30,148 nt of DNA, from the IMG/VR virus record IMGVR_UViG_3300030376_000423, positions 1 to 30,148 of that record. One strand, 5' to 3'. Positions 1 through 9,153 of the stretch are shown here, piece after piece. How positions within the stretch are numbered: the first letter of the stretch is position 1; the number at the start of each line of letters is the position of its first letter. Made by a program: the position numbers and the translations under genes. This DNA is from a virus. Its lineage: Duplodnaviria > Caudoviricetes. The notes under the pieces were generated by a model. It made no database searches, was not told the DNA's origin, and saw nothing but the letters and a program-made list of their open reading frames with translations.

Positions 1-1620
1 CGTAACTACCTTTACGCTACTGACACAACCACAACAGCTAACGCAATCCTTCCTTGGTCTAACACAACGACTACACCGAAGATAACACAGATTGCAGATA
101 ACCTTCACGCTAACTACTTTGCTACTCTGTTTCCACAACAGAACTGGATGAGATGGGAAGCTGACTCACGAGATGCTGCAGTAAAAGCTAAACGTGACAT
201 CATTCAGTCTTACATGGAAAACAAGGTAAGACAGTCTGACCTAATGAACACAGTGTCTAATCTTATACAGGATTGGATTCTTTACGGTAACTGTTTTGCT
301 ATGGTTGAGTGGGAAGATGGTTACACTACAAAAGAAGATGGTGAGTTTATACCGAAGTATGTAGGACCAAGAGTTTTACGTGTATCACCATACGACATTT
401 GTTTTAATCCTACAGCTGCATCATTTGATGACTCACCAAAGATAATTAAAAGTATTAAGTCTCTAGGTGAGATCAAGCGTATGGTAGATGCTGACCCTCG
501 TAACAAGTATCTTAACGGTGTCTTCGAGAAGATGATGTCTGCTCGTAAGAATGTACGAGGAACAGATGGTCATTTCGAGAAAGCTGAAGGTTTTATTGCT
601 GATGGTTTCACAAGTATAGAGCAATACTACGAATCAGACTACGTAGAGATTATGACATTCTACGGTGACATCTACGATCAAGAGTCTGGTGAGTTAATGT
701 CAGACCGTGTGATTACTATTGTAGATCGTGCTCATGTCTTAGACAATCAAGAGAATCCATCGTGGATGGGCAAGGCTCCTATCTTTCACAGTGGGTGGCG
801 TAACCGTCCAGACAACCTATATGCAATGGGTCCACTAGATAATCTTGTAGGAATGCAATACAGGATTGATCACCTAGAGAATCTCAAGGCAGATGTCTTT
901 GATCAGATTGCATACCCAATACTAAAAATAAAAGGTGATGTAGAGGACTTCGACTTCGAGCCTGGAGCTAGAATCTACATGGGTGAAGAGGGTGATGTAG
1001 GGTACATGGCTCCTGACGCTACTGCACTAAACGCTGACCTTCAGATACAAATCTTAGAGAATAAGATGGAAGAGATGGCAGGTGCTCCTAGACAAGCTAT
1101 GGGTATCCGTACTCCAGGAGAGAAGACTGCTTTCGAAGTACAGACCTTACAGAACTCAGCGTCACGTATCTTTGAACACAAGGCTGCACACTTCGAGCGT
1201 ACATTCATAGAACCTATGTTGAATGCAATGCTTGAGGTAGCTAGACGTTACATGAATCGTGCTGACATAGTAAGGGTATCTGATGAAGACTCAGGTGTTC
1301 TACAGTTCTTAGAAATTACTAGAGAAGATATTACAGCAAGTGGTAAGATAGTTCCTGTAGGAGCAAGACACTTTGCTGAACGTGCTCGTAGAGTACAGAA
1401 CCTGATACAGTTGTCTGCAGTAAAAGCACAAGACCCGACTGTAGCACCACACCTATCAGGTAAAGAACTAGCTCGTATCATTGCATACGAATTAGGTGAG
1501 CCAACATTGTATGGTGAAAACATAACCATAACTGAGCAACTAGAAACTCAGAAGATGGCTCAAGAAGCAGAGATGCTTAACGAAGAAGAACTAATGGCTG
1601 CACAAGAAATGGGGATTTAA
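1..1620 (+). CDS. Portal (head-tail connector) protein, 5'-truncated
   Basis: Frame 1 is open from base 1 (RNYLYATDTTTT...WMRWE), so the gene starts upstream of the window. Podovirus portal-like segments (WRNRPDNLYAMGPLDNL, GIRTPGEKTAFEV); lies before scaffold and capsid. Confidence 0.88.
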   Translation, partial: RNYLYATDTTTTANAILPWSNTTTTPKITQIADNLHANYFATLFPQQNWMRWEADSRDAAVKAKRDIIQSYMENKVRQSDLMNTVSNLIQDWILYGNCFAMVEWEDGYTTKEDGEFIPKYVGPRVLRVSPYDICFNPTAASFDDSPKIIKSIKSLGEIKRMVDADPRNKYLNGVFEKMMSARKNVRGTDGHFEKAEGFIADGFTSIEQYYESDYVEIMTFYGDIYDQESGELMSDRVITIVDRAHVLDNQENPSWMGKAPIFHSGWRNRPDNLYAMGPLDNLVGMQYRIDHLENLKADVFDQIAYPILKIKGDVEDFDFEPGARIYMGEEGDVGYMAPDATALNADLQIQILENKMEEMAGAPRQAMGIRTPGEKTAFEVQTLQNSASRIFEHKAAHFERTFIEPMLNAMLEVARRYMNRADIVRVSDEDSGVLQFLEITREDITASGKIVPVGARHFAERARRVQNLIQLSAVKAQDPTVAPHLSGKELARIIAYELGEPTLYGENITITEQLETQKMAQEAEMLNEEELMAAQEMGI

Positions 1621-1621
1621 T

Positions 1622-1714
1622 ATGCCAGGAAAAGGTCAACCATATAAGAAAAAGGCTCCTAAGAAGCCAATGACTAAAAAACCAATGCCTAAGAAAAAGA
1701 AGGTAATGAAATAA
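1622..1714 (+). CDS. 30-aa Lys/Pro-rich basic peptide (MPGKGQPYKKKAPKKPMTKKPMPKKKKVMK); not in ORF track
   Basis: Fills the gap between the portal stop (1620) and the next ATG (1715); GGGGA upstream. Confidence 0.65.
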   Translation: MPGKGQPYKKKAPKKPMTKKPMPKKKKVMK

Positions 1715-1963
1715 ATGCACTCAGCTTGGACTAAAGGTCTAAAGGGTGAGGACAAGAATAAACGCATCGAAGAAGTAATGTACTACAAGAATGCATTCGA
1801 TGAGTTACAGGAAGTTATCGAACAGACTCTATATAAGAAAGATTCTGTACGTGACTACAGTCCAGGATGGGCTGAAAAACAGATTGCCGTAAACGAGTAC
1901 AACGCTGCTCTATACGACATTCTAAAACTAATAGACCTCAACCGTAAGGATCAATTACAATAA
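1715..1963 (+). CDS. Hypothetical phage protein (82 aa) between portal and scaffold
   Basis: Tight packing; TAATG overlap with the scaffold gene. Confidence 0.75.
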   Translation: MHSAWTKGLKGEDKNKRIEEVMYYKNAFDELQEVIEQTLYKKDSVRDYSPGWAEKQIAVNEYNAALYDILKLIDLNRKDQLQ

Positions 1964-2757
1964 TGTCAATATTTGATGAAGCAAAGTCTGAAGAAACCCA
2001 ACCACAGGAAGCTCAGACCACACCAGAGCAGACGCAACAAGAGGAACAACCTAGTGATTCTTATTTGCAAAAGCTTGTAGAGACAAGGGGTGATAACTGG
2101 AAAGACCCTGAAGTTCTTGCTAAAGGTAAACTTGAAGCTGATGAGCATATCAAAAACCTTGAGACTCAACTCACACAAATGCGAGAAGACCTCAGTAAGC
2201 AAGACTATGCAGCCCAGTTGTTGCAACAACTAGAGGGAAAGAAGGCTTCGGCTCCCACCAACGAAAAACCTCTAGAGTCCAATAACAATAATAATGGTGG
2301 CACTAATACTGAAGGTAACACCAACCTTGCAGTGAGTGAGGATGATCTAAAAAGCCTTGTTGAAAAAACTCTAACAGAACGTGAAACGCAAGCTACTGTC
2401 CAACAGAATATTGCAAATGTTGATGCAAAGCTGCAGGAAACATACGGTACGGAAGCCCGTACTATTCTGGTTAACAAGTCACAAGAACTTGGTATCAGTG
2501 TAGAACGTATGCAAGAACTAGCAGCCGAATCACCTTCAGCGTTCTTTGCTTTGATTGGCGAAAAACAACAGACATTTAAACCCATTACTCAGGGGTCTGT
2601 TCGCACAGAGGCTGTTGGAGTTAAATCTGGAGGAGAGCGTGACTTTAATTATTATCAAACTCTTCGACGTGAGAACCGTGGCCTATACTACACACCAAAG
2701 ATACAACAACAGATGATGGAAGATCGTCAACGTCTAGGTGATAGGTTCGGTGTTTAA
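1963..2757 (+). CDS. Capsid scaffolding protein
   Basis: Acidic, Gln/Glu-rich, coiled-coil-like; directly upstream of the major capsid gene. Confidence 0.75.
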   Translation: MSIFDEAKSEETQPQEAQTTPEQTQQEEQPSDSYLQKLVETRGDNWKDPEVLAKGKLEADEHIKNLETQLTQMREDLSKQDYAAQLLQQLEGKKASAPTNEKPLESNNNNNGGTNTEGNTNLAVSEDDLKSLVEKTLTERETQATVQQNIANVDAKLQETYGTEARTILVNKSQELGISVERMQELAAESPSAFFALIGEKQQTFKPITQGSVRTEAVGVKSGGERDFNYYQTLRRENRGLYYTPKIQQQMMEDRQRLGDRFGV

Positions 2758-2787
2758 TCAACATAACTTTAATAAAGGAGATTCAGT

Positions 2788-3750
2788 ATGTCTATGACAA
2801 CTGGTAACGTGTCTCTCTTAACTCGCTCAGAGGTATGGTCTGGTGAGCTAAAAGAGATTCTGCGTGACGAGATGATGGCACAGAAGTATGTCCGTATGCT
2901 AGAAGGTTTTCCTGATGGCGATACGTTCAAGATACCATCAATCGGTCAAGCGCAAGTGGACAACTACGCTGAAGATACAGCGGTTCAGTATCGTCCAATG
3001 GATACAGGTCAATTTACATTTAGTGTTGACAAGTATCTATCATCAGCTACTTATATCACTAAGAAAGCTAAACAAGACATGTTCTATATGAACGAAATGG
3101 TTTCTCGTTTTGTTCCTGAACAAGAACGTGCTGTAATGGCACACTTCGAAACAACGACTATGGCTGCTCCCGAAGCAGGTGTATCAGCAAACTCCAACGA
3201 GACAATCGATGGTGTAGAGCACAGATACGCTGCAGGAGGAACTGGTGCGGTTATTACACTTGAGGACTTCGCTCGTGCTCGACACGCCTTGAAGAAAGCA
3301 AATGTACCTGATCGTAACCTAGTTGCTATCGTTGATCCATCAGTAGAGTACACATTAAATACTCTAACAAACCTAACAAACGTGTCAAACAACCCACGTT
3401 TCGAAGGTATTGTACGTGATGGTATTGCGACAGGTATGCAATTTGTTGCAAACGTGTACGGTTTTGACGTGTACTGCTCGAACTATCTAGCTGACGTTAC
3501 TGACAGTGCGTTGCCTACATCTGCAGATGCTAATGTGGACTTCTCATCTGTTAATGGTAAGGCTAACTTGTTCTTCTCTGCAGACCCAAGTGCTTCCCCA
3601 TTAGTGGGTGCATGGCGGCAAATGCCAGAGGTGGATTACGACTACAACAAAGACTTCCAACGTGATGAGTTTGTAACTACTGCTCGTTACGGTGTCAAGT
3701 TGTACCGTCCAGAGAACATGGTTCGCGTTGTATCGAAAACTAACGTCTAA
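2788..3750 (+). CDS. Major capsid protein
   Basis: 320 aa; strong AAGGAG RBS; T7-like MCP features (SEVWSGEL, GDTFKIPSIG, LKKANVP..R, YGVKLYRPE). Confidence 0.88.
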   Translation: MSMTTGNVSLLTRSEVWSGELKEILRDEMMAQKYVRMLEGFPDGDTFKIPSIGQAQVDNYAEDTAVQYRPMDTGQFTFSVDKYLSSATYITKKAKQDMFYMNEMVSRFVPEQERAVMAHFETTTMAAPEAGVSANSNETIDGVEHRYAAGGTGAVITLEDFARARHALKKANVPDRNLVAIVDPSVEYTLNTLTNLTNVSNNPRFEGIVRDGIATGMQFVANVYGFDVYCSNYLADVTDSALPTSADANVDFSSVNGKANLFFSADPSASPLVGAWRQMPEVDYDYNKDFQRDEFVTTARYGVKLYRPENMVRVVSKTNV

Positions 3751-3771
3751 TTAAGATAGGGAGAAAGATAC

Positions 3772-4251
3772 ATGTCTTACAATAACACAGATGGCCTACG
3801 TGTCATCACAGGTCTTGATCAAGGTGCTGCAGTTGATGCAGGTAATACCGCCAGTTCAGAAGTAAAAACAATTGTAATTGATATTGCAGATGCTACGGCT
3901 CTAGGGTCTTCAGCTGCAACACCAGTAGCGAATGATCCATTCATTCCTGCTAACTCTTACATCACAGGTGCTCACTTAATGGTGACTACTGCGTTTACTT
4001 CAGGCGGTTCAGCAACCTTGGGAATCGGTGCGTATAACTCTGCAGGTTCTGCTATTGATGCTGATGGTATCGATGCAACCATTGCACTTTCAGCCATTAA
4101 CGCTACAACTAAGGCAGTCGCATGTGACGGTGCTTTAGTAGGTGGTGCGGTAATGACAGGTGCTGCAGATGCATACATTAAACCAAACTACGGAACAGCT
4201 GCATTTACTGCAGGTGCTGCTAAGTTGGTTATTACTTACATCGAAACTTAA
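3772..4251 (+). CDS. Putative capsid decoration / minor structural protein (159 aa)
   Basis: Ala/Gly/Thr-rich beta-type protein lying between the MCP gene and the terminator; GGGAG RBS. Confidence 0.6.
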   Translation: MSYNNTDGLRVITGLDQGAAVDAGNTASSEVKTIVIDIADATALGSSAATPVANDPFIPANSYITGAHLMVTTAFTSGGSATLGIGAYNSAGSAIDADGIDATIALSAINATTKAVACDGALVGGAVMTGAADAYIKPNYGTAAFTAGAAKLVITYIET

Positions 4252-4258
4252 TACTAAT

Positions 4259-4288
4259 AGGTAGCTCCTTCGGGGGCTACCTTCTTTT
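4259..4288 (+). terminator. Rho-independent terminator after the capsid genes
   Basis: AGGTAGCTCC-TTCG-GGGGCTACCT stem with a C(UUCG)G loop, followed by TCTTTT. Confidence 0.88.
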
Positions 4289-4310
4289 ATGCTCTTGAGG
4301 AATTTATAAT

Positions 4311-4769
4311 ATGGCAAACGTAAACCATTCAGCACTCTCAGACCCCTATCTTCACGAGCCAAAGGGTGCAGCTGCAGCTAGTTCAGGGGATGTTTATTTA
4401 GCAAACGGATCAGGATCAGGAACATGGACTTCAAGGCATTCTATGCTCACTGTTCACTTTGCTGACATATCTGGTGCAAGTGATATATATGTACCCATGC
4501 CTTATGCAGGTACTGTGACAAAGGTACAAAGTGTTTTAAGTGCAGCTATAGCAGGATCAGATACAACGTTTACAGTTACTAACTCTGCAGGAGCTTCAAT
4601 GGGTGTAGTAACTGTTACACAGTCAGGATCAGCTGCAGGAGATGTGGACACTTTAGCTCCATCATCTAACAATACAGTAACTGCAGGTAGTTTTATAAAG
4701 ATAGCTTGTAACGGTGGAGCAACTTCACATAAAGATTGTGTAATAGTTGTTTGTGTGGATGGATCATAA
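4311..4769 (+). CDS. Putative virion structural protein (152 aa, fibre/decoration-like)
   Basis: GAGGA RBS; N-terminal LHEPKG...GSGSGTW segment and a Ser/Thr/Gly-rich beta domain; sits in the structural module. Confidence 0.55.
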   Translation: MANVNHSALSDPYLHEPKGAAAASSGDVYLANGSGSGTWTSRHSMLTVHFADISGASDIYVPMPYAGTVTKVQSVLSAAIAGSDTTFTVTNSAGASMGVVTVTQSGSAAGDVDTLAPSSNNTVTAGSFIKIACNGGATSHKDCVIVVCVDGS

Positions 4770-5500
4770 TGAAAAGAACACTCCTACAAATAGTACAGAA
4801 CATCTTATCGGACATGGATTCCGAAGATGTAAACAGCATTAGTGATTCTATAGAAGCAGAACAAATAGCTTCTGTAGTACGTGATGTTTATCTTAACATG
4901 GTATCTACAAGGATGATACCAGAACACCAAGAATTAATGAAGCTTGTAAGTCTATCAGATTCTACAAAGCCAACACACTTTCAAGTGCCTGATAGTGCAA
5001 AAAGACTTGACGTTATTAGATACAATGTTAAAGCAACTTCAGGTACTGAGTTCAGAGAAATAGACTACATAGAACCTTTAACCTTCTTAACATTAAATAA
5101 CGAAGGTGACGATATAATAACTGTCAACGATGTAAATGGAAGCACACCTATTCTAATTCGTAATGACAAGATGCCAAACTTCTACACCTCTTTCGATGAT
5201 CTACACATTATAATGGATTCATATGATAGTGCAGTAGACAACGTATTAGCAGAGTCTAAGACACAGGCACTAGGACACAAGATTCCTACATTTACAATAA
5301 GTGATAACTTTACACCTGACATAGACGCAGTATTGTTTCCGTATCTGATTGCTGAAGCTAAGTCTACATGCTTCTCATTGTTTAAGAGTGGTGTAGATCA
5401 GAAGATAGAACAAGCTGCACGTAGGCAAAAGTCTTACATGCAAAGTGATATGTACAGAGTAAAGAAAGAAAACAAAAGGCCGTACTATGGTAGACGTTAA
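4769..5500 (+). CDS. Tail tubular protein A / adaptor (T7 gp11-like)
   Basis: Start moved to ATG 4769 (TAATG coupling; MKRTLLQIVQNILSDMDSEDVNSI). Size and position fit. Confidence 0.7.
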   Translation: MKRTLLQIVQNILSDMDSEDVNSISDSIEAEQIASVVRDVYLNMVSTRMIPEHQELMKLVSLSDSTKPTHFQVPDSAKRLDVIRYNVKATSGTEFREIDYIEPLTFLTLNNEGDDIITVNDVNGSTPILIRNDKMPNFYTSFDDLHIIMDSYDSAVDNVLAESKTQALGHKIPTFTISDNFTPDIDAVLFPYLIAEAKSTCFSLFKSGVDQKIEQAARRQKSYMQSDMYRVKKENKRPYYGRR

Positions 5501-5801
5501 CTTCGATATAAATTATGATAGTAAAACATTAAAGGCTACATGTCCAGAAAAACTAACTACTCCTATCCATGTAAGAAAATCACTAGATGGTTTTATATTC
5601 TTTGAGGTCCATGTAGAAAAAGGCAAGGTTCCAGGAGATTTAAGTGGAAAGTATACATCACTAGATAGTGCAAAAAAAGCAATACAAGTATATCTAAACG
5701 GAATTACTCCTTCTAAAACAGTTCGAAGAGAAGCGTTTGGTAAGGACTACGAGGAGCGTAAGAAACGAAATGCCACAGAGTCTAACACAAAGGGTAGTTA
5801 A
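5487..5801 (+). CDS. Hypothetical protein (104 aa)
   Basis: Overlaps both neighbours and fills the gap between tail tubular A and B. Confidence 0.65.
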   Translation: MVDVNFDINYDSKTLKATCPEKLTTPIHVRKSLDGFIFFEVHVEKGKVPGDLSGKYTSLDSAKKAIQVYLNGITPSKTVRREAFGKDYEERKKRNATESNTKGS

Positions 5802-7941
5802 TACATTTGTAAAAGGTTTGATTACTGAGGCAGGTGAACTTACGTTTCCACCAGATGCTTCAGTAGATGAGCTTAACTGTGATCTTAGACGTGACGGTTC
5901 AAGACGTAGACGTAAAGGTGCAGCTAAAGAAACTAATAACGTACTATCTAGTTTTACTGTAGCTGATTCAGAAGTTACTAAAACAGGAACGTGGTTCAAT
6001 GTTGGTGGTGAATCAGGTCAAGAGTTTCTAGTATTTCAGAAAGGTGCTACACTTTATTTCTTCAATAAGTCTGACGTACCTTTCTCAGCTAACATAGAAA
6101 CAGGCACAGTAAATCTAGCAACATATGAAGTAACAGGTGGTGTTGGTGCAGCTAATGCTAAGTGTAGTTTTACTTCACTTAAAGGAGCATTGGTTGTAGT
6201 ATCTGAAGCTATCAATCCTATCTACGTTGAGTATAATAACGTAACAGAAGCTGTCACAGTAAGTCAGATAAGCTTTCGTACTCGTGACTTTGATTGGCAA
6301 GGTGACACTACAACATATGATGAATCTAAGTCTAGTCCATCTAACGCTCGTAAGTACGATACAGAGAATGCAGGATGGGTTGCACCCAATGGTGATACTG
6401 CTTTAAGTGCATACCAATCAGCTAACTCTAGTAAACACCCTCCCCTCACACATGCTTGGTATGCAGGTAAAGACTCTAGTGGCGCATTTGATGCAGCTGA
6501 GTGGGCAAAGGTTTACACAGGTAACAGTCTCACAGGAAATGGTCACTACATACTAGACTTTTTCAGTAAAGATCGTTCTACTGCTTCAGGTGTATCTGGT
6601 TTAACTACAGAAATAGAATCAAGTAGATTTAAAAGTGTAGCTAACTTCGCAGGACGTGCTTTCTATGCAGGTTTAAACAGTAGTAAGAACTCAGATGTAA
6701 TACTATTTAGTCAGTTAATAGATGACTTCTACCAACTAGGTGAGTGTCTACAACAGAACGATCCTACGTCAGAACAGATAAGTGATCTTCTAGCTACAGA
6801 CGGTGGGACTATAAGAATATCTGGTGCTGTCGGTATCAAAGTACTTTACGTTATTGATGCTAGTCTATACATATTTGCTGAGAATGGTGTGTGGCGTATT
6901 GAAGGTATCGATGGTGTCTTTAGTCCTACAGGGTTTGCAGTTAAAAAGATTACTGACGTTGGTATAGTAGATTCAGGTAGTTTTGTAGTAGCTGATGGTT
7001 CTCCTATCTGGTGGAGTAAAAACGGTATACACACTTTACAGTTTGATTCTACAAGTGGTAGACCAGTAGAAAACAATCTTACTATCTCTACAATACAAAG
7101 ATACTGGGATGAAGTTCCTACTGCAGCTAAGACTAAACTAATATCTACCTTCGATCCTATAAACAAACGTGCTTACTGGGCATGGCCTAAACAGGGTGAG
7201 ACTGTAGAATCTAAAGTAAATAACATTCTTGTTTTAGATGTACCTCTTAAAGCTTTCTATCCTTGGTATGTAGAAGACGAAGGAACAACTACAGACTCAA
7301 TAATAGGCATTGAGTTCTTTACAGGATTTGGAGCAGCTGCTTCTACGTTTGATGTTACTACGACAAACGGAGATGATGTTATAACCTCTGCAGGAGATGA
7401 TGTTGTATCTATTCAGACAGCTGCAGTAGCCACAGGATCACCTGCAATCATCTTGATTATACGAGATGGTTCTACAAACAAGATGACTATGGGTTCCTTC
7501 ACTGAAGATAACTTCTTAGATTGGGGAACTACAAACTACAGTTCTTTTGCTGAAGCAGGTTACGACTTTATGGGTGACTTACTCCTAAGAAAGAATGCAC
7601 CTTACATTACAACATACATGAGACTAACAGAGTCAGCATGGGAAGGTAACGAAACAACTGGATACGCTCCAAACAATCCTTCTTCAATGCTAGTGTCTTC
7701 TTTCTGGGATTTTAAAACTAACTCATCTAGTACTGCACAACAAGCATACAGATTGAAGTCAATGCCAGTAGTTGATTCTGGTAACTTATTAAACTTCGAC
7801 TACCCTGAGTCTGTCATTACAACAAGAATGAAGTTAAGGGGTAGAGGAAGATCAATGCGTATAAAGTTCGAAAGCGAACAAGGCAAAGACTTTATACTTT
7901 TAGGTTACTCCGTTTTAGGTGGACGTAACAACACACATTAA
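5770..7941 (+). CDS. Tail tubular protein B / nozzle (T7 gp12-like)
   Basis: Probable start ATG 5770 (MPQSL..., GAGGAG upstream). Beta-rich, ~723 aa, with TFVKGLITEA near the N-terminus and KLRGRGRSMRIKFES near the C-terminus. Confidence 0.75.
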   Translation: MPQSLTQRVVNTFVKGLITEAGELTFPPDASVDELNCDLRRDGSRRRRKGAAKETNNVLSSFTVADSEVTKTGTWFNVGGESGQEFLVFQKGATLYFFNKSDVPFSANIETGTVNLATYEVTGGVGAANAKCSFTSLKGALVVVSEAINPIYVEYNNVTEAVTVSQISFRTRDFDWQGDTTTYDESKSSPSNARKYDTENAGWVAPNGDTALSAYQSANSSKHPPLTHAWYAGKDSSGAFDAAEWAKVYTGNSLTGNGHYILDFFSKDRSTASGVSGLTTEIESSRFKSVANFAGRAFYAGLNSSKNSDVILFSQLIDDFYQLGECLQQNDPTSEQISDLLATDGGTIRISGAVGIKVLYVIDASLYIFAENGVWRIEGIDGVFSPTGFAVKKITDVGIVDSGSFVVADGSPIWWSKNGIHTLQFDSTSGRPVENNLTISTIQRYWDEVPTAAKTKLISTFDPINKRAYWAWPKQGETVESKVNNILVLDVPLKAFYPWYVEDEGTTTDSIIGIEFFTGFGAAASTFDVTTTNGDDVITSAGDDVVSIQTAAVATGSPAIILIIRDGSTNKMTMGSFTEDNFLDWGTTNYSSFAEAGYDFMGDLLLRKNAPYITTYMRLTESAWEGNETTGYAPNNPSSMLVSSFWDFKTNSSSTAQQAYRLKSMPVVDSGNLLNFDYPESVITTRMKLRGRGRSMRIKFESEQGKDFILLGYSVLGGRNNTH

Positions 7942-7965
7942 CCGCGAAAGCGAACAGGAGACTGA

Positions 7966-8424
7966 ATGTCTTATACAATACGTGACGCTAACCATAGCGA
8001 CATCTTAGATATTACGATTGCAGCCAAACTATTCTCTAAGGAAACTAACCATCCTGCTATGAGTACAATAAACCCAAACAAAGTAGCTGTAACTTTGCAA
8101 CAACTATTAGACAGTGAAGTAGGTTTAGTTAAGGTTGCATGTTTCAATAAAGAAATTATAGGTGCTATAGCAGGTGTAGTTTCTGAGTTACCAATAAATG
8201 ATTTAGTAGTAGCTCAAGAACTTATGCTATGGTTAGACCCTTCACATAGAAACGGTAAAACTGCTCCTAAGTTAATCGATGGGTATGTAGAGTGGGCGAG
8301 TAAGAAAGGTTGCGACTTCGTTAGGTTATCAGCCTTAGAGGGTATACTGTCAGGTAAGGCAGGTGTTTTATTTAAACGAAAAGGTTTCAAGCCAATAGAA
8401 ACCGCATACATAAAGGAATTATAA
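7966..8424 (+). CDS. GNAT-family acetyltransferase-like protein
   Basis: AGGAG RBS; YTIRDA start, WLDPSHRNGKTAPKLI acetyl-CoA-binding-like motif, FKRKGF end. Confidence 0.75.
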   Translation: MSYTIRDANHSDILDITIAAKLFSKETNHPAMSTINPNKVAVTLQQLLDSEVGLVKVACFNKEIIGAIAGVVSELPINDLVVAQELMLWLDPSHRNGKTAPKLIDGYVEWASKKGCDFVRLSALEGILSGKAGVLFKRKGFKPIETAYIKEL

Positions 8425-8425
8425 T

Positions 8426-9142
8426 ATGGCTCTTTTTACTCTTATCGGTGCTGCTGCAGGAGCAGTTGCAGGTGCGGTAGTGGGTGGTACAGTATTAGGA
8501 GTTAGTACTACCGTAATAGGTGCTGTTGCAGGTGCTGTTGTTGGCAATGTTGTAGGAAATAAAGTGAGTGCTGCTCAAGAGGCAGCTGCTACAGCTACAT
8601 CCCTAGCAGAAACTCAGGTAACAACTATAACAGAAAAAAGCGAAGAGATAATAGGTGTTACTGAACAAGTAACAGGAATACAGACAGAACAGATAGCAGT
8701 GCAGCAACAAATAGCTGAAGATAGACAACAACAAGAAAGACTCGCTGTACGTAGACAACGAAGATCAGCTATACGAGAAGCTCAGATAGTAAGAGCAAGA
8801 CAAAGAAATATAGCACAAGCTGCAGGTGCTGTAGGTTCAGCTGTATCAGGCGGTGCTGCATCGATTGGTTCTCAACTATCAGCTGCACTAGGATATTCAA
8901 CTCAGCAATCAGGTCTATCTGAAGAGATACTTCAAGGACAACAAAAAGGTATGGACTTACAGTCTGAGATAAATACACTTTACGGTAAGGCTAATGTTCT
9001 TCAGACAGAAGCTAATATTGCAGCTACAAAAGCAGGTATGTACAGTTCTAGGGCTGCAGGTTATACACAGCAAGCAAGTAATTACATGGGATTGTTTACT
9101 AACTTTGCAAATGTAGGCGCAAGTATGATACCATACATATAA
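8426..9142 (+). CDS. Internal virion (ejection) protein, gp14-like
   Basis: Gly/Ala-rich hydrophobic N-terminus followed by a Gln-rich coiled coil; first gene of the ejection-protein block. Confidence 0.62.
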   Translation: MALFTLIGAAAGAVAGAVVGGTVLGVSTTVIGAVAGAVVGNVVGNKVSAAQEAAATATSLAETQVTTITEKSEEIIGVTEQVTGIQTEQIAVQQQIAEDRQQQERLAVRRQRRSAIREAQIVRARQRNIAQAAGAVGSAVSGGAASIGSQLSAALGYSTQQSGLSEEILQGQQKGMDLQSEINTLYGKANVLQTEANIAATKAGMYSSRAAGYTQQASNYMGLFTNFANVGASMIPYI

Positions 9143-9153
9143 GGACTTATTAA

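Noticed and set aside
2281-2295. Poly-Asn AAY run in the scaffold gene
   Set aside because: Low-complexity linker with mixed codons; not a contingency repeat.
3748-3774. MCP stop in frame with the next gene (possible read-through extension)
   Set aside because: A second in-frame stop (TAG) lies in the 21-nt spacer, the next gene has its own RBS, and no slippery site was seen.
7869-7956. 12-bp direct repeat CGAAAGCGAACA (7869, 7945) and CGC-GAAA-GCG mini-hairpin
   Set aside because: Short enough to arise by chance in 30 kb; the stem is only 3 bp and has no U-tract.
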